This document shows positions 1 through 7,681 of a stretch of DNA of 64,000 nucleotides, piece after piece; position 1 is the stretch's first letter; every line of letters starts with the position of its first letter. The position numbers and the translations under genes are program-made. The notes under the pieces are model-generated. The model was not told the DNA's origin. It saw only the letters and a list, made by a program, of their open reading frames with translations, and did no database searches. The stretch comes from Patescibacteria group bacterium (lineage in GTDB: Bacteria; Patescibacteriota; Minisyncoccia; Phycocordibacterales; Phycocordibacteraceae), in contig JAGWYL010000002.1 in the NCBI GenBank assembly GCA_018969385.1, positions 289-64,288 of the forward strand. Direction: 5' to 3'.

Positions 1-2064
1 CTCGGCGAACAGTCCATGAAGAGCATGCGCGGCAAGCGCAGCGAAGACCTCATCTTCGCGGGCTCTCATTCGACGCCGCGCTCGAACCGCGCGGCCGTGG
101 CCATCGTCTTCGATAATGCGAAACGCCAGTTCAAGGTTGATTTCGACGAGGTGGCCATCGAGCGCGCGGTCTTCCGCGACGGCACGAGCGAATACTCCAT
201 CAACGGCTCGCGGGTGCGCTTGCGCGATATCGAAGAACTCCTCGCGGGTGCGAACATCGGCGACACCGGCCACCACATCATCTCCCAGGGCGAGGCGGAC
301 CGCATACTGCTCGCGTCTCCGAAGGACAGGCGCGAGATACTCGAGGACGCGCTCGGCCTCAAGATATACGAATTCAAGAAACAGGAGGCGGAGAAGAAGC
401 TCACGAAGACCGAAGAGAACATCGCGCAGGTGAATGCGCTGCGCCGCGAACTCGCGCCGCATCTGCGGTTCCTTGAAAAGCAGGTGGAGAAGCTCGAACG
501 CGCGGACGAGCTGCGCCGCGAGCTTACCGCGAGCGCGGGCACGTATTTCGCCATCGAGGACGCGTACCTCGCCGCCGAGCGCGAAGCGATGCGGAAGCAC
601 CAGGCGTCATCCGCCGAGCGGCTCCGCGCCGCGTCCGCGGAACTCGCCGACCTCGAAGAACGCGCGACGACCGATGCGGAAGGTACGAAGCGCCTCGAGC
701 TCGTCCGCGCCGCCGAGCGCGAACTCGAACGCGCGACGAACGCGCGCGCGGCCCTTTCGCGCGAGATAGGCCGCGTCGAAGGCTCGCTTTCCGCCGCGAA
801 GCGTAGGAGCGCGGAGGTGGCGCGCGAGCCGTACGTGAAGGTGCCGCGCGAGGACCTCGCCGCGCTTCGCGACGAGATAGCGCGCCAAGGGGAGCAGTCG
901 TCTTCGGATTCGCTTGAGGCGCTCCGCTCCGCACTTCGCGCCGTGGCCCGCGTCGCGCAGGTATTCTTCGACCGGTTCGCGTCGCCTTCGGACGACGTGC
1001 TCGCGGACGAAGAGCAGGCGGTGTACGCGCTCGAGAACGAGCGCGGCGGCCTGCTCGGGAAGGACGCGGAACTCGAGAAGGCCGTGGAAGAAGCGAAGTC
1101 CGCGCTCGCGCGAGCGCGCGAGGCGCTCGTGGCGCACGACGAGACCGGCAAGGAATTGCGGCAGCGCGTCCTCGCGCTCGCGCAGACGAAGGCGCATGAA
1201 GAAGGAGAGGTGGCGCGCATGGCCGGGCGCGAACGCGAACTCGCGCTCCTCGCGGAAGAGCTCGAACGGGACAAGGCGGAGACGCTCGCGGTGGGCGGCG
1301 CGGCCGCGGTCTCGTACGCCGCGCTTCCCGCGCCGCCCGCGGAGGAGCGGCGCGTCCAGGAAGACCGCAAGCGCGCGCTCACGCGTCTCAAGATCCGCCT
1401 CGAAGAAGCGGGCGGCGCGGGCGAAGACATCCGCACGGAGTTCAAGGAAGTGTCCGAACGCGAGACTTTCCTCGCGGGAGAGCTTGAAGACCTCGCCAAT
1501 TCCGCCGCGGGTCTGCGGGAACTCATCAAGGACCTTGAGACGGAGCTCGGCAAGAGTTTCGCGGAAGGGCTCGCGAAGGTGAACGCTTCGTTCGGCGAAT
1601 TCTTCGCGCTCATGTTCGGCGGCGGCGGCGCGCGCCTCGCGCTCGAAGAAGCTTCGGACGACGAGGATGAGGAAGAAGAGGATGACTCCGCGCCGAAGGA
1701 GAACGCGCGTCCGGGCATCGAGATTTCCGTACACCTCCCGAAGAAGCGCGTGCAGTCCTTGGTGCAGCTTTCGGGCGGCGAGCGCGCGCTCACCTCCATC
1801 GCGCTCATCTTCGCCATGAGCCAGGTGAATCCGCCGCCGTTCCTCATCCTCGACGAGACGGACGCCGCCTTGGACGAAGCGAACTCCCGCCGCTACGGCG
1901 ACATGATAGAGAACCTAGCGAGAAAGTCGCAGCTCATCGTCATCACGCACAACCGCGAAACCATGAGCCGCGCGGGAATCCTCTACGGCGTCACCATGGG
2001 CGGGGACGGCGTCAGTAAGCTCCTTTCCGTCAAATTCGAAGAGGCCGTTGCGGTGGCGAAATAG
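1..2064 (+). CDS. smc: SMC-family chromosome segregation ATPase, 5'-truncated by window edge
   Basis: Frame open from nt 1. SMC N-lobe motifs (YSINGSRVRLRDIEELL, IISQGEADRIL), long Ala/Glu/Arg-rich coiled coil, C-terminal ABC signature LSGGERALTSIALIFA and Walker B PFLILDETDAALD. Confidence 0.85.
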   Translation, partial: LGEQSMKSMRGKRSEDLIFAGSHSTPRSNRAAVAIVFDNAKRQFKVDFDEVAIERAVFRDGTSEYSINGSRVRLRDIEELLAGANIGDTGHHIISQGEADRILLASPKDRREILEDALGLKIYEFKKQEAEKKLTKTEENIAQVNALRRELAPHLRFLEKQVEKLERADELRRELTASAGTYFAIEDAYLAAEREAMRKHQASSAERLRAASAELADLEERATTDAEGTKRLELVRAAERELERATNARAALSREIGRVEGSLSAAKRRSAEVAREPYVKVPREDLAALRDEIARQGEQSSSDSLEALRSALRAVARVAQVFFDRFASPSDDVLADEEQAVYALENERGGLLGKDAELEKAVEEAKSALARAREALVAHDETGKELRQRVLALAQTKAHEEGEVARMAGRERELALLAEELERDKAETLAVGGAAAVSYAALPAPPAEERRVQEDRKRALTRLKIRLEEAGGAGEDIRTEFKEVSERETFLAGELEDLANSAAGLRELIKDLETELGKSFAEGLAKVNASFGEFFALMFGGGGARLALEEASDDEDEEEEDDSAPKENARPGIEISVHLPKKRVQSLVQLSGGERALTSIALIFAMSQVNPPPFLILDETDAALDEANSRRYGDMIENLARKSQLIVITHNRETMSRAGILYGVTMGGDGVSKLLSVKFEEAVAVAK

Positions 2065-2092
2065 CTTGCTTCCGCCTGCCTAGGGTGAGGTG

Positions 2093-2150
2093 CTCACAGA
2101 AAGTCTGATTCGTAAGCGAAAGCGCTTAGCCTTCCGAACCGGACTTTCTG
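2093..2150. repeat. possible decayed remnant of the ~95-bp palindromic element family, just 3' of smc
   Basis: Nested inverted repeats (cagaaagtc...gactttctg; taagcg/cgctta) plus the motif gccttccgaaccgg shared with elements at 25919, 33207 and 49377. Confidence 0.2.
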
Positions 2151-2255
2151 CTCGCTCCGCGCAGTTATCCCCACCTCGGCTTTCGGGAGGGGAGTAACAT
2201 TTCTGTGAGGCAGGTGTATCTCCTGTGTACGCCATTACCCCTTCATGCCACCCTC

Positions 2256-3395
2256 ATGTCCGCATTCAACTATTTCAAAGAGAACGTCAGCCGCGCCGCA
2301 GACCTGCTCGCGCTCGGCGAAGCGGAACGGGGAGCGTTCCTCAAACCGGACCGCGTCCTGAAGGCGGACCTCGCTGTTCCGCTTGACGACGGCGGGAGCG
2401 CGACTTTCCCCGCGTACCGCATCCAGTTCAACAATGCGCGCGGACCCTATAAGGGCGGCATCCGTTTCCATCCCGACGCCGACGAAGACGAAGTCGAAGC
2501 GCTCGCGGCGATGATGGCGGTAAAATGCGCGGTGGTCGGCATCCCGCTTGGCGGAGCGAAGGGCGGCATCGCCGTCGACCCGAAGAAACTCTCCCGCGCC
2601 GAAATCCACCGGCTTTCCCGCGCGTACGTCCGCGCGTTCGCCGAGCACCTCGGTCCGGATATCGACATCCCCGCGCCGGACGTGTACACCACGCCGGAAA
2701 TCATGGCGGTGATGCTCGACGAGTACGAACGGATTACCGGCAGAAGCGCGCCGGGCATGATAACGGGAAAGCCGCTTTCCGTAGGCGGCAGCGAGGGGCG
2801 CGATACCACGAGCGTCGTGGCGTTCGCGGACTCGAAGGGAACGCTCCAAAGCGCGCGCGGACTCGACGTGGAGGTGGTGCTCGCCGCGAAGGAGGCGAAG
2901 GGTTCCGTGCGCGGCATGTACTGCGACGGTTCCGTCTGCGACGCGGAGCGTCTCGCGAAGGACGGAGCGGAAATCCTCGAGGGCGGCGCGGTCATCTCCG
3001 CGAAGGCGGACATCTTCGTTCCCGCCGCGCTCGAGGAGCAGGTCACCGGGGAGAATGCGGACAGCGTGTCCGCGGGCATCGTGCTCGAGATCGCGAACGG
3101 TCCCGTGACGCCTGAAGCGGATGCGCTCCTTGCCGCGAGAGGCGTCGCCGTGATTCCGGACGTGCTCGCGAACGCGGGCGGCGTCACGGTCTCCTATTTC
3201 GAATGGATACAAAACCGCACCGGGGAACGCTGGACGCGGCCTGACGTGGAAACGAAGATGCGCGCGGTGATGCGAAACGCGTACCGCGAAGTCGCGGACT
3301 TCGCGGGAGAACGCGGCGTCACGCTCCGTCAAGCGGCGTATGCGCTCGCGCTGCGGAGAATCACTGACGCGATGGAAGCTCGGGGACGCGTATAG
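2256..3395 (+). CDS. Glu/Leu/Phe/Val-family (glutamate) dehydrogenase, short form
   Basis: GDH hallmark KGGIRFHPDADEDEVEALAAMMAVKCAVVGIPLGGAKGGIAVDP. Start moved to ATG at 2256 (MSAFNYF), matching GDH N-termini; the track ORF started at an upstream GTG. Confidence 0.9.
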   Translation: MSAFNYFKENVSRAADLLALGEAERGAFLKPDRVLKADLAVPLDDGGSATFPAYRIQFNNARGPYKGGIRFHPDADEDEVEALAAMMAVKCAVVGIPLGGAKGGIAVDPKKLSRAEIHRLSRAYVRAFAEHLGPDIDIPAPDVYTTPEIMAVMLDEYERITGRSAPGMITGKPLSVGGSEGRDTTSVVAFADSKGTLQSARGLDVEVVLAAKEAKGSVRGMYCDGSVCDAERLAKDGAEILEGGAVISAKADIFVPAALEEQVTGENADSVSAGIVLEIANGPVTPEADALLAARGVAVIPDVLANAGGVTVSYFEWIQNRTGERWTRPDVETKMRAVMRNAYREVADFAGERGVTLRQAAYALALRRITDAMEARGRV

Positions 3396-3627
3396 GGCGC
3401 TGCCGCATCTTCTGGTATGCGAGCGCGAGCCACTGGAAACCGACGATGCCTTGGCTCGCCGCCGCAAGCCACAGGTGCAGCGTAAAGAACGTGACCGCTC
3501 CCACGAGAAGCGCGAGGCCGGTCGTGACGCTCGACGAAAGCGGCGGCTTCTCCTTGGCGAGCAGCATCGGGATGAGCGTCACGCAGAACAGTATCTGCAC
3601 GGCGGTGAGTACGTAGTCCTGCCACAT
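3361..3627 (-). CDS. small hypothetical membrane protein (2 predicted TM helices)
   Basis: 88-aa ORF with two hydrophobic stretches in the convergent gap between GDH and RNase R; no homology recognised. Confidence 0.3.
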   Translation of the reverse strand: MWQDYVLTAVQILFCVTLIPMLLAKEKPPLSSSVTTGLALLVGAVTFFTLHLWLAAASQGIVGFQWLALAYQKMRQRPIRVPELPSRQ

Positions 3628-3668
3628 GCAAGGCAGTATACCCTGTGAACGACACGTTCAGCATAGGA

Positions 3669-3763
3669 CTCGTTTCAAAACCGGCTCGGGGTGCGCGGTT
3701 TGAAAGCGAACTCCCCTTAGGCTTTCAAACCGCGCACCCGCTCGCCGGAGATTTTGAAACGAG
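3669..3763. repeat. palindromic MITE/REP-like element, copy E1, immediately 3' of RNase R
   Basis: Outer inverted repeat ctcgtttcaaaa / ttttgaaacgag; inner stem ccggctcggggtgcgcggtttgaaagc / gctttcaaaccgcgcacccgctcgccgg; 13-nt loop. About 80% identical to copies at 25919, 33207 and 49377. Confidence 0.8.
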
Positions 3764-3765
3764 CT

Positions 3766-5724
3766 CTATTCAGAGGCCGGCACGAAATCCAGCTCCTTCT
3801 CCGGCACGCGCGCAGCGGCAAGCGTGACGCGGATAGGGTCGCCGATGCGGTACTGCTTCTTCGTGCGCCGGCCTACGAGCCGGTATCCCTTCTCATCGTA
3901 ATCGAAATAGTCGTCGCCGAGGTCGCGGATGCGTATCATGCCGTCCGCATGCGTGGTCTGCTCCTCCACATACATGCCGCGGTCGGAGACGCCGGAAATG
4001 ACCGCGTCGAACGCATCGCCCACGCGTCCCGCGAGGTACTCCACCTGCTTCATCTTGATGGAGTCGCGCTCCGCTTCCGTCGCGGCAACTTCGCGTTCGG
4101 AACAATGGATGGCGAGCTGCTCGAAGCCTTCTACCTCGCGGTCGCTCATCGGTTCGCGTCCCGCGTGGTGTTTCAGCAAGCGGTGCACCACGAGGTCCGG
4201 ATACCGGCGGATGGGCGAGGTGAAATGCGTGTAGTGCGTGAAGGCGAGTCCGTAGTGGCCGATATTCTTAGTGGAGTACACGGCTTTCGCCATGGAACGC
4301 AGGGTCGCGGTCTTGATGAGGTATTCTTCCGGCTTTCCTTTCACCTTCTCGAGAAGCTCGTTGATGGCCACGCCCTTCACGTTGCCCGCATGGGTCTCAA
4401 GGTCGTAGCCGAGCACGCGCAGGAACAGGGAGAGATTCTCGATGCGGTCCGCGTCCGGCGCGTCGTGGATGCGGTAGAGGTAGCCGTGGCGCAGGTTCTT
4501 CGAAAGGTCGGCCAGGTGCTCGGCGACGGACTCGTTCGCGAGCAGCATGAAGTCTTCGATGAGCAGGTTCGTGTCCTTGCGCTCCTTGAGATGCACGGCC
4601 ACCGGCTTCCCCGCGTCATCGAGCTCGATCTTCACCTCCGCCGTGTCGAATTCGATAGCGCCGTTCGCCTGCCGCTTCTTCCGGAGCAGCTTCGCGAGCG
4701 TCCGCAGCGTGGAGAGTTCCGCGTGCAGGTCGCCCGCGCCCGCCTCAAGCGTCTTCTGGGCGTCTTCGTACGTGTAGCGGCGGTCGGAATGTATGACCGT
4801 CTCGCCGAACCACCGGTCAAGCACCTTCGCGTTCGCGTCGAGCGTGAACACCGCGGAAACGGCGAGACGGTCTTCGCCCTGCCGGAGCGAACAGAGGTCG
4901 TTCGAGAGCACTTCCGGAAGCATCGGGATGGTGCGGTCCACCAGGTAGACGGAGGTCGCGCGCTGGTACGCTTCCTTGTCGAGTTCGCCTCCTTGCTTCA
5001 CGAAGAACGATACGTCCGCGATGTGTATGCCCACTTCGAACGTGCCGTCGCCCTTGTCCTTGAAGGAGAGCGCATCGTCGAAATCTTTCGCGTCGGCGGG
5101 GTCGATGGTACAGGTCGGCACGTCGCGGAAATCGCGGCGCTCGCCGCTCGCCACGGCGCGTGCGGCTTCCTCGGCAATCATCGCGTGGCCTTCATGCTGC
5201 AGGACTTCCGCCGCCTTCACGACGGCGGGCGGGAAGGCCGCTTCGAATCCCTGTCCGAGCGCGAGCGCGCGCATCTCCGTCTCGTGAACGCCCGCGGGAC
5301 CGATGACCTGCTCGACGACGCCCCACGGAAAATCCGAACCCTCGTCCCAGCCTTTCATGCGGACGAGCACCTTGTAGCCGAGCGGACAGGGAAGCTCGCC
5401 GCGTATGTCGAGCGGCACGTACATCTTCTTGAGGTCGGGAATGAGGAGCGGGCCCTTGTCGTCCATCAGGGTGCCGACGAACGTTTCGCGCGCGCGGGCG
5501 ACGACGCGGACGACCTTCGCGGCCGCGCGCTTCTCACCGGTGCGGGCGTCCGTCTCGAAACCGTCGGGAGCGACCGTCACGACGTCATGATTGAGCGCAT
5601 GATTGAGCGACTCCTTCGGGATGATGAAATCCTCCTTCTCTTCGTCGTATGTGAAAAAGCCCGTGCCTTTGCGGGTTATGGTGATGACGCCTTCGTAGGT
5701 CTGCGCCTGCGATTCCTTGTCCAC
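3766..5724 (-). CDS. rnr: ribonuclease R (RNB-family 3'-5' exoribonuclease)
   Basis: N-terminal cold-shock/OB region, RNB catalytic motif IDPADAKDFDDALS, C-terminal S1-like domain. Confidence 0.9.
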   Translation of the reverse strand: MDKESQAQTYEGVITITRKGTGFFTYDEEKEDFIIPKESLNHALNHDVVTVAPDGFETDARTGEKRAAAKVVRVVARARETFVGTLMDDKGPLLIPDLKKMYVPLDIRGELPCPLGYKVLVRMKGWDEGSDFPWGVVEQVIGPAGVHETEMRALALGQGFEAAFPPAVVKAAEVLQHEGHAMIAEEAARAVASGERRDFRDVPTCTIDPADAKDFDDALSFKDKGDGTFEVGIHIADVSFFVKQGGELDKEAYQRATSVYLVDRTIPMLPEVLSNDLCSLRQGEDRLAVSAVFTLDANAKVLDRWFGETVIHSDRRYTYEDAQKTLEAGAGDLHAELSTLRTLAKLLRKKRQANGAIEFDTAEVKIELDDAGKPVAVHLKERKDTNLLIEDFMLLANESVAEHLADLSKNLRHGYLYRIHDAPDADRIENLSLFLRVLGYDLETHAGNVKGVAINELLEKVKGKPEEYLIKTATLRSMAKAVYSTKNIGHYGLAFTHYTHFTSPIRRYPDLVVHRLLKHHAGREPMSDREVEGFEQLAIHCSEREVAATEAERDSIKMKQVEYLAGRVGDAFDAVISGVSDRGMYVEEQTTHADGMIRIRDLGDDYFDYDEKGYRLVGRRTKKQYRIGDPIRVTLAAARVPEKELDFVPASE

Positions 5725-5838
5725 CTACGCACTCTAGCAGATTGGGCGCGATTCGCTACGCTTAAGGGTGCCGGTTCCACCCCCTTGGTTCCCGGCAGCT
5801 CAAGCCGCGAGCACTCCCCACAGTGGCGGCCTGACTTC

Positions 5839-5866
5839 GGGACTCGCTTGCGAGTCCCTCTTTTTG
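5839..5866 (+). terminator. plus-strand hairpin plus U-tract (intrinsic-terminator-like) in the rnr/rpsP divergent intergenic region
   Basis: gggactcgc-ttg-cgagtccc followed by tctttttgt. No plus-strand CDS precedes it, so it may be an sRNA or leader terminator. Confidence 0.35.
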
Positions 5867-5871
5867 TCCGG

Positions 5872-5900
5872 TGATTGACCGGGCGGGGCCGTTCTGGTAT
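5872..5900 (+). promoter_or_regulatory. candidate sigma70-like promoter for rpsP
   Basis: -35 TTGACC, 17-bp spacer, then TGgTATCGT (extended -10-like), about 11 nt before the rpsP ATG (near-leaderless). Confidence 0.35.
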
Positions 5901-5911
5901 CGTGCGCGGAC

Positions 5912-6313
5912 ATGTTGATGATCCGATTTCAGCGCATAGGCCGCAAGAACGACCCCGCGTTCCGCATGGTCGTCCTTGAGAAAGCCAGGAGCCCCAAGGC
6001 GGGCCGCCCGCTCGCGCAGCTGGGCTCCTATAATCCGAAGACCAAGGCTTTTTCGGCTGACACTGACGCCATAAAGGACTGGATGAAGAAAGGCGCGCAA
6101 CTCTCTCCTTCGCTCCACAACCTCTTGCTCGCGAAAGGTCTCATCGAAGGCAAGAAGATAAACGTTCTTCCGAAGAAGACTCCTCCCAAGAAGGAAGAGG
6201 AGGCTTCCGCCGCGCCGAAGGCCGAAGAGACCGTCGCCGCTGCGGCGCCTGAAGCTCCCGCGCAGTCGCCCGTCGAAGAGGAGGCCGCGACACCCGCAGA
6301 AGCAGCGGCGTAG
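5912..6313 (+). CDS. rpsP: 30S ribosomal protein S16 with Ala/Glu/Pro-rich C-terminal extension
   Basis: MLMIRFQRIGRKNDPAFRMVVLEKARSPKAGRPLAQLGSYNP matches the S16 family; low-complexity tail. Confidence 0.9.
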   Translation: MLMIRFQRIGRKNDPAFRMVVLEKARSPKAGRPLAQLGSYNPKTKAFSADTDAIKDWMKKGAQLSPSLHNLLLAKGLIEGKKINVLPKKTPPKKEEEASAAPKAEETVAAAAPEAPAQSPVEEEAATPAEAAA

Positions 6314-6402
6314 CGTTCGCACGCCGCCACGCTGGTATACTTACCGCGGCGGGGAGGACGGCTTACTGCTAACCGCTTCTTGTCTCCTGCCTACTATTTA
6401 TT

Positions 6403-6732
6403 ATGGAACCGGACCAGCAATTTCTCGATTACGTCGTGAAGGCCATCGTCGACCATCCGGACGATGTCGTCATCGAGCGCACCGTGGACAACATGGGCGT
6501 TCTCCTTACGCTCACCGTCCACCCGGACGATATGGGCAAGGTCATCGGCAAGCAGGGAAAGATAGCGCAGGAAGCGCTTCGTCCGCTCTTGCGCATCGTG
6601 GGCATGAAGCATAATGCGCGCGTAAACCTGAAGATAAACGAGCCCGTCGGCGGCAAGCGCCTTGAAGGAGGCATGACCACGGGCGGGGTGCTCGACGAGA
6701 TGGATAAGACCATCGAAGACCTGAAGGGATAG
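6403..6732 (+). CDS. KH-domain RNA-binding protein (YlqC/KhpA-like)
   Basis: KH core VIGKQGKIAQEALRPLL; conserved position between rpsP and trmD. Confidence 0.8.
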   Translation: MEPDQQFLDYVVKAIVDHPDDVVIERTVDNMGVLLTLTVHPDDMGKVIGKQGKIAQEALRPLLRIVGMKHNARVNLKINEPVGGKRLEGGMTTGGVLDEMDKTIEDLKG

Positions 6733-6806
6733 CTGACAGCGTACAGCTGACAGGCCATACGTCGAACATGAAACAAATCAAAGCTGTACGCTGCAAGCTG
6801 TAAGCT
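6732..6806. repeat. inverted-repeat pair of the short CAGCGTACAGCTG / CAGCTGTAAGCT motif family
   Basis: cagcgtacagct (6737-6748) and its exact reverse complement agctgtacgctg (6782-6793) flank a 33-nt spacer. Related copies at 38303-38333 and 41106-41138. Confidence 0.5.
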
Positions 6807-6812
6807 TCTCTC

Positions 6813-7502
6813 ATGCCGCGATTTCATCTCATAACCCTTTTTCCTGAAGCGTGCGACGCGTACCTCTCCGCGTCCATCATCGGCCGCGCGCGGAAGGAAA
6901 AGAAGATTTCCGTAGACTATACGAACCCGCGCGATTTCGTAACGAACAGATGGGGCAAGGTGGACGAACGTCCGTACGGCGGCGGTCCCGGCATGGTGAT
7001 GCAAGCGCTGCCGATAGTGAAGGCGACCGAGAAGGCGCTCGGAAAGCGCGCGGGGAAGAAAGCCATCGTCTGGTTCCAGCCGGAAGCGAAGCAGTTCACG
7101 AACAAGGATGCGGACGCGCTCGGGAAGTACGACGAAGTCGCATTCGTCTGCGGACGCTATGAAGGCATAGACGAACGCGCGAAAAAGATCCTGAAGGCTT
7201 TCAAAACTAGGACATCCGATGTCCTAGTTTTGAAAGCCTACGCGGTCGGCGAAGCGGTCTATACCGGCGGGGAAGTGCCGGCGATGGCGATGATAGACGC
7301 CATCACCAGGCGGCTTCCGGGCGTGCTCGGCAAGGACGCGTCCGTCGAGGAGCGCCGCGTGTCCTCGCACGAGGTCTACACGCGGCCGGAGACCATCGAA
7401 TACAGGAAGAAGAGATACAAGGTCCCGCCGGTGCTGCGCACCGGCGACCACGCGAAGATGGAGGCGTGGAAACGTAAGAAGAACGGCGCGAAAAAGAGTT
7501 AG
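6813..7502 (+). CDS. trmD: tRNA (guanine37-N1)-methyltransferase TrmD carrying a 15-codon palindromic in-frame insertion
   Basis: TrmD motifs GRYEGIDER and TGGEVPAMAMIDAITRRLPGVLG. The segment KAFKTRTSDVLVLKA between them is encoded by the 45-bp palindrome. Confidence 0.9.
   Translation: MPRFHLITLFPEACDAYLSASIIGRARKEKKISVDYTNPRDFVTNRWGKVDERPYGGGPGMVMQALPIVKATEKALGKRAGKKAIVWFQPEAKQFTNKDADALGKYDEVAFVCGRYEGIDERAKKILKAFKTRTSDVLVLKAYAVGEAVYTGGEVPAMAMIDAITRRLPGVLGKDASVEERRVSSHEVYTRPETIEYRKKRYKVPPVLRTGDHAKMEAWKRKKNGAKKS
7196..7240. repeat. 45-bp perfect palindrome (21-bp arms, 3-nt centre) inside trmD, in frame
   Basis: aggctttcaaaactaggacat-ccg-atgtcctagttttgaaagcct. Core TAGGACATnnnATGTCCTA is shared with 14730 and 55283; outer GCTTTCAAAAC arms resemble the large element family. 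Confidence 0.85.
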
Positions 7503-7623
7503 ACGGCCGAGGTTCTCCGACCCGCCACGCGCTCGATCTGTCCCCGCGAAAGAGGGTCCGATTCTAGTCTTTCGCATGAACAGCTCTTCGCGCGTGGCGG
7601 GTCTTGAAACGGATTCTAGTATT

Positions 7624-7660
7624 CCAAAAAAGAGAAGGCCGCCTTCATGGGGCGGCCTTT
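7624..7660 (-). terminator. intrinsic terminator for the minus-strand histidine phosphatase gene
   Basis: Plus strand reads aaaaaaga-aaggccgcc-ttcatgg-ggcggcctt; on the minus strand this is a hairpin followed by TCTCTTTTTT. Confidence 0.6.
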
Positions 7661-7681
7661 CGCACTGATAGGACTGGAAGA

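Noticed and set aside
520-620. AIEDAYLAAE in the SMC coiled coil as a vestigial hinge (resembles AIEAALGAAL)
   Set aside because: It is a single short match positioned far too close to the N-lobe, and the second Gly-rich hinge block is absent; treated as chance.
66-1847. 593-aa minus-strand ORF antisense to smc
   Set aside because: Extremely Ser/Ala/Arg-rich low-complexity translation typical of the antisense frame of a high-GC gene. The sense strand has a clear SMC match.
3754-5874. 706-aa plus-strand ORF overlapping rnr
   Set aside because: Antisense to a strongly supported RNase R; low-complexity Arg/Val/Ala composition.
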